Shown here in pieces: positions 41,283 to 50,680 of a stretch of DNA of 64,000 nucleotides. Below the pieces are notes generated by a model that saw only the letters and a list, made by a program, of their open reading frames with translations, made no database searches and had not been told where the DNA came from. Origin of the DNA: Phormidesmis sp. (GTDB lineage: Bacteria > Cyanobacteriota > Cyanobacteriia > Leptolyngbyales > Leptolyngbyaceae); assembly GCA_965248535.1 (NCBI GenBank), contig CBDFJR010000005.1:896001-960000 (forward strand), read 5' to 3'. A program made the position numbers and the translations under genes. Position 1 is the first letter of the stretch, and the number at the start of each line of letters is the position of its first letter.

Positions 41283-42599
41283 TCACAGGTACGGTTTAAG
41301 CTGCTTAAATATTTCATTGGTTTCATATCCGGGTAGTTCATGAATACGGCTCTTTAATATCTCAGATTGGTACTTTGTTGGTGTTGTAAAGCTCCGATTG
41401 TAATTAGAAATCCATCTTTTTACTTCCATATCCACTCTTTGAACAAGTTCAGCTGAATTAGGCGAATTTATTAACCAGAGAAGAAACATTACTTGATCCC
41501 ATTTATCCCGAACTCTATTGAGAGAAAAAGCACATGATTTCATCACAGGATTAGAATCAACAGAACACAAATCTATTAACTCTGGTTCGCTCAATCTCAT
41601 TCTAGCTTGCCGCATTAACCTTGCTGACTCCTTAGCTACACCTGGAGAAGTATCTCGTATCCCAATAGTAAGATATTGTTCAGATTTCTCTCTGTCTAGT
41701 CTAACTAATGCTTGTAGGCTGGCTTTTCGCAGACAAGAGTATTCACTTTTTAGATACTCTGATATAGCACTTATTGCCGCAATACAATTAATTTCAGACA
41801 ACCCTAACAATGCACTTCTCAATTGTCTTAACTTACTTTGCTTCGCAGATAGCTTTTGCAAATACAGACTCTGAACATCAACACTTATTTCAACTAATTT
41901 CTTGACAGCAATTTCTCTGATCGAAGCGTGACGGTCAAATGCAAATAATTCAAGAAGATTTTTAGAAGTGTCTGAAAATCGATTCAAAGACAATAATAAG
42001 GTTGTACGTCGGACGGGCATAAATGGATCTTGAAGACCAAATTTCATGACTTCTTTCAGTTGATCATCCGCAAGCAAATTAAACAAATTAGCTATAGTAG
42101 AGCGAACTACAATGTCATGACTGCCTATGCAGTGGAGTACGATTTGGTATGGCTGCAACAGCTGATGATCGATGGTTAAGTGCAGGCAACAACGCGCCAC
42201 AAGGGGATTAGCACTTGTGCACCCATCTACAACTTTCGCTTTATTCTCTCCACTAAGTAGAAACGATTCAACGGCTGTGATTAGCTCGCTATGATCGTCT
42301 CTATAACAATTCTCAAGATGATAAATATTGGGCAGCGCATCGATAAACGCCAATGCGTTTTCTTCGATTAACAATTCTTTAAGTGCTGTATATGAAGCAG
42401 ATCTTACCTGTGGAACCCAATCATTTGCCCGTTTAATGAGTATAGGAAGTGTGATCGAAGTGCCAACCAGCCCCAATTGACGAACTGCCTTTTCTCGTTC
42501 ATAGCCGTTCCAACTATCTGCCAGTTTCAGAAGCTCATCGATACTCTTCTGCTTGTAGAACCATTGATGCCACTTTTTCAAAAGCCCTCCTCGACCCAC
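41283..42599 (-). CDS. HEAT-repeat protein (first cassette)
   Basis: NGYEREKAVRQL..RANDWVPQVR and further HEAT-like repeats. Confidence 0.75.
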   Translation of the reverse strand: MGRGGLLKKWHQWFYKQKSIDELLKLADSWNGYEREKAVRQLGLVGTSITLPILIKRANDWVPQVRSASYTALKELLIEENALAFIDALPNIYHLENCYRDDHSELITAVESFLLSGENKAKVVDGCTSANPLVARCCLHLTIDHQLLQPYQIVLHCIGSHDIVVRSTIANLFNLLADDQLKEVMKFGLQDPFMPVRRTTLLLSLNRFSDTSKNLLELFAFDRHASIREIAVKKLVEISVDVQSLYLQKLSAKQSKLRQLRSALLGLSEINCIAAISAISEYLKSEYSCLRKASLQALVRLDREKSEQYLTIGIRDTSPGVAKESARLMRQARMRLSEPELIDLCSVDSNPVMKSCAFSLNRVRDKWDQVMFLLWLINSPNSAELVQRVDMEVKRWISNYNRSFTTPTKYQSEILKSRIHELPGYETNEIFKQLKPYL

Positions 42600-42611
42600 T
42601 GATGTTGAGAA

Positions 42612-42773
42612 AGCTAACTACTATTTCTGCCGTTTGAACTCCTATCAAACAGGATAAATGCCTCTCTCAGGGAAATTATGCTGTATGCAAACCGGATAAC
42701 GCCCATTATTTTAGGAATTATACTGAATTTCCACAGGATAACTCTCCGATTTCGGGTAATTATACGGAATGGC
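42612..42773 (-). other. Candidate attI-like site with three 42-bp-periodic repeats
   Basis: Core AGCTAAC at 42612; GGATAA at 42652, 42694, 42736; ATTAT at 42675, 42717, 42759. Confidence 0.55.
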
Positions 42774-43193
42774 ACTCAGGTTTTTCGATTCTAAGGGAGC
42801 CAAAAGTAAATTGTCTCGTTCCGATGAATCAGTCATGGCGCTGAGTCGATCGAGTCCCTGCCGTTGCTCGACTGGAACATAAATTAGGGAGAAGTTACGA
42901 TCGCGTCCCTCTCCCTCAAAAAGTCAGCATTCCAAAAAACAAAAAACTCTTGTACAATACACCGCAGTGATGGAGTTGTGCCCCGGAAATCTGATCGGCT
43001 AAATCAGACTCCGAGGACTTCCATCCCTAGTTAGACCAATTAACTCAGGAGGCGTTCATGATTGTACACCGTCGGCTTTGCTATGGGATCTTGAAAGGCT
43101 GGAATCAAGATCCTGCATACAGTTTTCACCCCAACCAAATGTCTGAGAGATCCGTGTTTTTGTCCTCTTTAACTTAACTAAGAGGACAAAAAC

Positions 43194-43565
43194 ATGGGAG
43201 TTAGGACGATCGTGCCTAGCTCGATTTCGTTCACCGTTGAGTTGCGATGCTCAATCGAAAAGCGTTATCGAGTTAGCGTGGTTTTGGATTTACAAGAGCG
43301 TTATCTTTTTGTGCCGTCTGGCATTCTCGTGAATGTTGGCGATCGCATTGAAGAGTTCGTCTCAGAACTGAGTGAGATTGCGTCTAATCAACTGGCATTT
43401 CTGAAGTGGGATGACACCAGTGATTTGACCACAGAGTATCAAGTTGTTCGAGTGTTGCCTGGTTATCAGGTTGAACGTTCTTTAATGAAGTTCAACATTG
43501 TTCTGGGTAATGGTGCACTGATTCAAGTAGAGGAGTTGCACAACAAAACGACGATTCAACTGTAG
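43194..43565 (+). CDS. Hypothetical protein preceded by a structured leader
   Basis: 123-aa ORF, AGAGGA RBS, hairpin downstream at ~43573-43612. Confidence 0.6.
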   Translation: MGVRTIVPSSISFTVELRCSIEKRYRVSVVLDLQERYLFVPSGILVNVGDRIEEFVSELSEIASNQLAFLKWDDTSDLTTEYQVVRVLPGYQVERSLMKFNIVLGNGALIQVEELHNKTTIQL

Positions 43566-43745
43566 GACGGTGAGTTAGGGAGTCGTCAATATTTGAGAAA
43601 CGCTCCCTAACTTTAGACTTCTCGTTTGGTCATCATCAGATCGTGAAGTGACCTTAGCATCGCACGCTCTGAGCAGAAAATTTGATTCCTGACTTTTGGG
43701 GTGAATCCAGGTTTATACTGACAGGCATCGTGATCGGTTTGCCCT

Positions 43746-44447
43746 GTGAGTTCGACTTCAAACCCTAGATTAGCGCTTAAATGGAGCATCCAACCCCGGT
43801 TGCTGTTGTCTATCTTTTTGGCGGGGTTGGTTGCTGTCTTGCTGCCAGGCTGGTTTCATTGGGCAACTCGCCTACTGTGCATTTGGGACACGGGCATGAT
43901 TAGCTTTTTAGGCTTATCTTGGTGGCTGATGCTGAATGCCACCCCTGATTCGATGCGCCGTCATGCTCAACAAGAAGACGCTGGGCGTTTGATGATTCTC
44001 AGCTTGATTACGGCGGCGGCTTGTGCAAGTTTGTCGGCGATCGGGTTCATTTTGCACGACAAAGGGGTTAATAACCAACTGCTAGTTTTGCATCTGGCCC
44101 TATCAGTTACCACAATTGTGGGGTCTTGGCTGTTGGTGCATACCATTTTTGCTTCTCACTATGCCCACGCCTACTATAAAACCGGAAAATCGCTGAACGA
44201 ATGTAAAGAAGACGGCTTAGATTTTCCGGGAGATATTGAGCCAGACTATTGGGATTTTCTCTACTTCTCGTTTGTGATTGGGATGACGAGTCAAACGTCA
44301 GATGTAGAGGTGACCTCTCGCCAGATTCGACGGCTCTCACTGACAATCAACATTATGCATGGTGTGCTGTCGTTTTTCTTTAACACGACGATCGTGGCGA
44401 TGACCATCAATATCATATTGCGGAACCGTCTCATGGGTTTCTGTTAA
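43746..44447 (+). CDS. DUF1345 membrane protein
   Basis: FPG..EPDYWDFLYFSFVIGMTSQTSDV. Confidence 0.88.
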   Translation: MSSTSNPRLALKWSIQPRLLLSIFLAGLVAVLLPGWFHWATRLLCIWDTGMISFLGLSWWLMLNATPDSMRRHAQQEDAGRLMILSLITAAACASLSAIGFILHDKGVNNQLLVLHLALSVTTIVGSWLLVHTIFASHYAHAYYKTGKSLNECKEDGLDFPGDIEPDYWDFLYFSFVIGMTSQTSDVEVTSRQIRRLSLTINIMHGVLSFFFNTTIVAMTINIILRNRLMGFC

Positions 44448-45836
44448 TCTGGGAGCTTGCCCCCCGATCCGGTTCGCCTTGTAGGAGATCGGGGTTTTGT
44501 TCAGAATATAACGGGCAGGTAGGATGCTTTGGCTTTCATCTCTTGGGAAAGATGTGATGAATATCGAAGTCGGTTTCGGCAAGTTTGGGTGCTGACTAGC
44601 AGGGCAGCACTGTTACGTGGAAATGCCCGAACCTGCCCTTAACCCACTTGGCTGCCATGCGGGTTTCAACGGCTCCTCCATAAAGCTCTCCCAGAATGCC
44701 ACACCAAAACCAACGGGCAAGTTTGTCATAGATCTTGGGCTGAAGCCAGTCGTCGCCCAATAGAGCTAAAACGGCAGCAAGCGGCACAAGTTGAGTGCTA
44801 TAGGGCAGGTCGCGGGTTGAAAAGAAGGATTCTTTACGGAGAAACTTTGCGGCTTTCCAAAAGCCCTCAGTGAGCTTGGGTTGCCATTGCTGGTAGGCAG
44901 CTAAGGGTAGAGACAGAACTGCTTCACGCTTGGCGCTGACCCCTGTGACTTGCTTGCCTGTTTTGCCTAATAGAAGATCTGCTTGACGCTTTTCCCAAGT
45001 GTGCAGCAGAGACAGCGCTTGCAAAAATTCAGTCGGCTGCACCTGCCCTAATAGTCTCTGCTTTGAGAGTTTCCGGTGAATGCCTTCGATCTTCTCTTTT
45101 ACGTTGCCATACCACTCGTCTCGCATGTTGACGTTATCGGCAGCGTAGGTGGCTGTGACAATCAAATACAGAAAGAGCAACGCCTCCAGTATTGACCTTC
45201 TCGAAGACGAGACAGACGGCTTCCTTCTTGTTTTCCTTGCTGGTTCATGATGGGGACATTATATTGCGGAACTCATTGAGAACCACTGGAATTGCGCGTA
45301 CCGCCCAAACTTACATTGTAGGCAAGTAACCCTTCCTCCCAATCGTCAGAGTTGAGGATTTGATTGCAGGGGAAAAAGAAGTTCTCGTATTCTTTCTCTG
45401 AACTGAGATCGAGTTTAATATCGCGACCGAAGTTTTCTTTGATGACTCGATTTTCGTCTACGCCGATGATGGCGTTTTCATAATTCTCCTGTCCTTCTAA
45501 TGCCTCGATATCAATGTAGTAATAACGCTTGAGTGATTTTCCTGTACTATCTACAGGCTGCTTGAGCATCAGCACTTGAGTTGAGGCGTTGTCATCAAGA
45601 ATGAGTTGCTCTGTGTCTTCAGGTTTGATTTTGGTTGCATCTAGTCCTCGACGGGGCGCACTTTAAAATCGCCGCCTGCTTCTGATCATGACGGCTCCGA
45701 TCGGGAAGGCAAGCAATGCTCACTAACAGAGATTGAAAAGACCCATCCTCGCTGAAAGTCGGGCAGTTGGTTTGCCGGAGACAATATCACGGAGCAAATC
45801 AGCGAGGCGTTTTTTGGTGGAGTCGAAGTTAGACAT
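44420..45836 (-). pseudogene. Decayed GmrSD-type (DUF262 plus HNH/DUF1524) restriction gene
   Basis: Fragments QLPDFQRGWV, PYSTQLVPLAA, WCGILGELYGGAVETR, DIHHIFP and NKTPISYKANR across several frames. Confidence 0.8.
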
Positions 45837-45971
45837 ACTGCTTCTCTACTCTGGGTCTGGGTCATTTTAACAACAGATTGCTGTTCTACAGAGTGCCCAC
45901 AACTTTATGAAGTGTGACCTCAAACGCTGGTGTTGCTGGTTGATAGGTCTCGATCGTAGCTTGATTCTTCT

Positions 45972-46139
45972 AAACCAAAGGGCGTTTGCTGCAAACCAAC
46001 ATGCATTTGCTCCAAGCCAACATGTATTTGCTGCAAACCAACATGCATTTGCTCCAAGTCAACATGCATTTGCTGTAAATCAAGATGCGTTTGCTCCAAA
46101 CCAAGATGCATTTGCAGCAAGCCAACATGCATTTGCATA
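45972..46139. repeat. 21-bp tandem repeat, 8 units
   Basis: Consensus AAACCAACATGCATTTGCTSC. Confidence 0.92.
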
Positions 46140-46287
46140 AATCTCATCCGAAATGTTACCTAGGGTCTTCGTGTAGTCACTATTCATGACCCTTGAATGC
46201 CTCACCGGATCATGATCTGCCAAGGTTAGATTTTTTCTGATCTGTGAAGGGATTAATAAGGTCACCTGTTTTTTACTATCACCGTTT

Positions 46288-46872
46288 ATGCACTATCCGT
46301 TAGAACTCAAATTTAAGCTGTGGGCATTTGCTCCCCAACTGTCGGTCACCGATAGCCAAGGCAACCTCGCCCTCTGCGTTCGTCAAAAACTCTGGAAGCT
46401 CAAAGAAGCGATCGACGTGTTTTCTGACATTGAGCGCACCCATCAGCTTTACAGCATCAAAGCCGATCGCATCATTGACTTTTCTGCTCGATATCACTTC
46501 AGCGATCGCACAGGTCACTCTCTAGGTGCCGTCAAACGTCGCGGCATGAAGTCTCTCTGGAAAGCTCACTACGACATCTTTGACGGTGAAACAGTCGTCT
46601 TCACGATTCAAGAAGAAAACCCCTGGATCAAAGTGATGGATAGCCTCTGTGCCGAAATTCCGATTTTGGGACTGTTTACAGGCTATGTGTTTAACCCAAC
46701 CTATCTAGTCAGCCGATCTGATGGCAGACAAGTAATGCACCTCTCAAAACAGCCCACCTTTTTGTCTAGAATCTTTTCGATTAAAAAGGTGGATGGGATG
46801 AGCGATCGTGAAGAAACTCAAGTCGTGTTAAGCCTGCTGATGATGCTCTTATTAGAGCGCAATCGTGGTTAA
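46288..46872 (+). CDS. LURP-one/scramblase-like protein
   Basis: RQKLWKLKE, IKADRIIDFSARY and KRRGMKSLWKAHY motifs. Confidence 0.65.
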   Translation: MHYPLELKFKLWAFAPQLSVTDSQGNLALCVRQKLWKLKEAIDVFSDIERTHQLYSIKADRIIDFSARYHFSDRTGHSLGAVKRRGMKSLWKAHYDIFDGETVVFTIQEENPWIKVMDSLCAEIPILGLFTGYVFNPTYLVSRSDGRQVMHLSKQPTFLSRIFSIKKVDGMSDREETQVVLSLLMMLLLERNRG

Positions 46873-47007
46873 AACTCACGAGATCCCCCTTTAGAATCTT
46901 GCCAGTCACCCCAGTGCCATCAAGCATCTATGCCCACCCAAGGCAAAGTTTGATGAATCAAACGTCACAAAGTTTAATAAAATAACGTTACTCACAGATA
47001 AGTATTT

Positions 47008-48655
47008 TTGCCTATCATGCTGCTAGCCGATCGCTTCCCCTGGCTGACCACGATTGTTTTGCTGCCGCTCATTGCTTCGCTGGTGATTCCCTTTCTGCCT
47101 GACAAAAATGGCAAGATCATCCGCTGGTATGCCCTTGGCGTAGGCTTTGCTGACTTTGCTCTGATGTGCTATGTCTTTTGGAAGCACTACGATGCCAGCA
47201 ATCCGGCGCTGCAACTCGTAGAACACTATGCCTGGATACCGCAGTTGGGGTTAAGCTGGGCGGTCTCAGTCGATGGGTTATCGCTGCCGTTTGTGCTGTT
47301 GGCAGGGTTTGTGACGACGCTCTCAATGTTTGGGGCTTGGCAGGTCGATCGCCGACCTAAACTTTTTTACTTCCTCATGTTGATGCTTTATGCCGCACAG
47401 GTTGGCGTGTTTGTCGCCCAAGATCTCGTGCTGCTGTTCATCATGTGGGAAGTCGAATTGATTCCGGTCTATCTATTAATCTGCATCTGGGGCGGGCAAA
47501 AGCGTCGCTATGCAGCCACTAAGTTTTTAATCTACACAGCCGCCGCTTCTATCTTTATTTTGGTCGCTGCTTTGGCAATGGCGCTCTATGGCGATCGGGT
47601 CACCTTTGATATGGTCGAGCTTGGTTTAAAAAACTATCCCCTAGGGTTAGAACTGTTCCTCTACGCAGGATTGTTGATTGCCTTCGGAGTCAAGCTTGCC
47701 GTGTTTCCCATGCACACCTGGCTTCCTGATGCCCACGGTGAAGCGTCGGCTCCCGTGTCGATGATTTTGGCTGGAGTCTTGCTCAAAATGGGAGGCTATG
47801 GCTTGATTCGTCTCAACATGGGGCTGCTGCCCGATGCCCATGTTTATTTTGCGCCGCTGCTGGCAATGTTGGGCGTGAGTCAATATTGTCTATGGGGCGT
47901 TTAACTCGTTTGCTCAATCTAATATGAAGCGCCGCCTAGCCTATTCGTCGATCTCTCACATGGGCTTTGTGCTGCTGGGCATTGCCTCTTTTACTGATTT
48001 GGGCATCAGCGGGGCGATGTTGCAGATGATTTCTCACGGGCTGATTGCCTCGGTGCTGTTCTTTTTAGCAGGGGTGACCTACGATCGCACCCACACCATG
48101 GCTATGGATGACATGGGCGGCATTGGTCAAGTTATGCCCAAAGTGTTTGCGCTGTTTACGGCAGCGTCAATGGCCTCACTAGCCCTACCGGGAATGAGCG
48201 GGTTTGCTAGTGAAATCTCAGTGTTTGTGGGTTTGACCACGAGTGACGCTTACAGTTCGCTGTTTCGCGCTGTGACTGTGTTTTTGGCGGCGATCGGGGT
48301 CATTCTTACGCCAATTTATCTGCTCTCAATGCTGCGCCAAGTCTTCTATGATTCAGGGGCTGCCCCCGACTGCGATGTGACCAGTGAAGGCTTAAAAGCG
48401 TTAGAAAATCAGGGAGCCGTTTGTTTTGGCACCAACTGCGTTTTGCCTGCCGATGCCGATTTTAGCGATGCTAGACCTCGTGAAGTGTTTATTGCAGGCT
48501 GCTTTTTGGTGCTGATCATCGGCTTTGGGTTCTATCCTAAGTTGGCGACTCAACTCTATGACGCGAAAACAGTCGCGATCACGGCTCAAGCTCGTCAATC
48601 TTATGTTCAAATCGCTCAAACAACCCAGCGATCGTCGTTTAGTCCACAATCCTAA
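47008..48655 (+). CDS. ndhD: NAD(P)H-quinone oxidoreductase subunit 4 (NdhD1/D2 type) with an apparent +1 frameshift at ~47878
   Basis: [19 protein letters not shown] and [13 protein letters not shown]; removing one A restores [16 protein letters not shown]. Confidence 0.9.
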
Positions 48656-48731
48656 GGAACGTGGATTGACTATAGAAGTCAAGATAATGCCTAATACCAA
48701 TTTGATTTGTGAATGCGACAGATCCGCAAGA

Positions 48732-48787
48732 GGGCACGGCATGCCGTGCCCGTACAAAAAGCGTAGGGGCATGGCATGCCGTGCCCC
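48732..48787. repeat. Pair of REP-like palindromes
   Basis: GGGCACGGCATGCCGTGCCC and GGGGCATGGCATGCCGTGCCCC. Confidence 0.75.
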
Positions 48788-48854
48788 GTCGGATTGAACG
48801 ATCAGTCGCAATTGCATCCGAAATTGGTATAAGAGCAGAAGTTATGAGCAAGAG

Positions 48855-49073
48855 TTGATGGGTTATCTACAAGACTCTGAACGGGCCGTTGCCTATCTAA
48901 ATGCGGCGTTAGAGGAGGAAGATTTGGAGTTGTTTTGGGTGGCGTTGCAGAATGTGGCAAAGGCGAGAGGGAAAGGAGATGATTGGTTTGAGCGATTGTC
49001 GGTTCAAACTCCGGCAGTGGAGGGCAAGGTAGAGCAGTTGTTTTTCTTGTTGAAGGAGTTAGGCTGGGGTTGA
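48855..49073 (+). pseudogene. Addiction-module antidote-like remnant
   Basis: YLNAALEEED..F..ALQNVAKARG. Confidence 0.55.
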
Positions 49074-49221
49074 AATCAATGGAATCATCCCAAACGTCCT
49101 AGTTCGGTTAAGTCTCTGCGATCGCGCCCTAAATCAAAACTTTCTAACTCTGAAGCCCGATTGCGTCCCTCTTCTCTAGGCTAGATTAAAATCAAACCAG
49201 CAAAATTCTTATCTTCAAATC

Positions 49222-49491
49222 ATGACGCTCTCGTTTACTCCAGAGATTGAGCAGTTCATTCATAGCCAAATTTCGAGTGGTCGATATGCGACGATCGAGG
49301 AAATCATTTTGGCTGCACTGAAACTGTTACAAAACCAAGAAGCTCTTTATCAAGGACGATTTGAGGAGCTTCGCCAAGAGGTTTTGGTGGGAGTGGAGGA
49401 GGCAGATCGGGGGGAATTAATTGACCAGGAAACCGTGTTTAGTCAGTTACAAGCCAGATTAGAGCAGCGACGTGCCCAGGCAGAAGAATGA
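49222..49491 (+). CDS. ParD-like (ribbon-helix-helix) antitoxin
   Basis: FIHSQISSGRYATIEEII..AL..L. Confidence 0.8.
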   Translation: MTLSFTPEIEQFIHSQISSGRYATIEEIILAALKLLQNQEALYQGRFEELRQEVLVGVEEADRGELIDQETVFSQLQARLEQRRAQAEE

Positions 49492-49565
49492 GCCTTTGTC
49501 GGTTTACGCCCACTGCGAGTCGAGATATTGAAGGCATCATTGATTATGTTGCTCGATGGGGATGA
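49488..49565 (+). pseudogene. Truncated ParE toxin
   Basis: ATGA overlap with the antitoxin; MSLCRFTPTASRDIEGIIDYVA..*. Confidence 0.7.
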
Positions 49566-50046
49566 GAACTGAGCAGCGTAGGTAGGCGATCGAGAGATTC
49601 AAAGCCCGAACATTTCACTCTCCGAAGTGGCGGTTGCCTAAAAAATGCAGGATGTTCTCACTTCAGATGGGAATGTTTCTATTTTGAATGGCGATCACAT
49701 TTGAAGAAGGCATAATTTCACCTTAGATTAAGATGTTTTTGGTCAAGATAGAGTGAAATGCTCACTTCATGAAGGAGCAATCGCACTTTGGATCAATTAC
49801 TTAAGACAAATAAATACCCGGAAATAGACTGGTTAGATCTGTATGGTCTATGACAGGAAGAAATTACCTACCATGCCTGATGCATGGAATACATTGCTTA
49901 AGGAGTTCCTATATCGCAACAACCCAACAGCCAAGTCTGCTATGAGTCGAGTGATGGGTGTCCAAAAAGTCTAGAGGCTGTCTTGGAACAAGCCAAGCTG
50001 TGCATAGAGCAGCATTTAGAATCTATTGGAGATGAATACAAACTAA

Positions 50047-50622
50047 TTGGACTTTGTGTGGGATATGCCTTTGCCACGCCCGATGTCAAAAGCAGCGATT
50101 CCTCCACGGGTGCAAGCGCAGCAATATCAACTGATGGCAGCAGATTACCGCGATCGCTGGAACCAAGACTTCCCCATGAAGAAATTTGCCGAAGCGCTCT
50201 ATCAACTTCGCCTCAACGACGAGAAAGCCATTCCTCCCAATGAATTTCTGCAAGAACTGACTAGCATGGAAGACGAACAATACAAGATGGTCGTCAGTCG
50301 CCAATGGAAAGATGCCAAAGGAGAACCCCAGCATGAATGGTATTGTCGCCACGACAAGATCATGGAGTTCTTTATTGTGCAAACGTTTTTGGGTGATGGT
50401 GAAACTGCACAGAATCGTCTCATCGATCACATGGGAGATTCCCGTTTTCGAGGCGTTTACTTCTTATTAGCCACCTTACTTTCTCTCGACGCAGCCGCCG
50501 ACCTGCGCGAAAAGCTCATCCTCTATGCTGCAAACACTAAAGATCACACCGTCAGCGACACCTTTGTGCAACTCTTCCACAGCCGCGCCACCTTAAACGC
50601 CGAGGTTGCGAGTTTGATCTAG
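50047..50622 (+). pseudogene. C-terminal fragment of a NACHT-like NTPase protein
   Basis: WYCRHDKIMEFF resembles the post-NACHT F.H...EFF motif; no P-loop. Confidence 0.5.
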
Positions 50623-50680
50623 ACCGATCGCTCCTTTTTCCCCACATAGGCGATGTCAGATAGCAGTCTCGATCGCGCGT

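Noticed and set aside
42965..43025. Fluoride riboswitch (GATGGAGT start)
   Set aside because: The characteristic pseudoknot and 3' motif are not evident, and the downstream gene is not a fluoride exporter.
42620..43740. Integron integrase beside the array
   Set aside because: No ORF with tyrosine-recombinase R-H-R-Y motifs here or recognisable elsewhere in the window.
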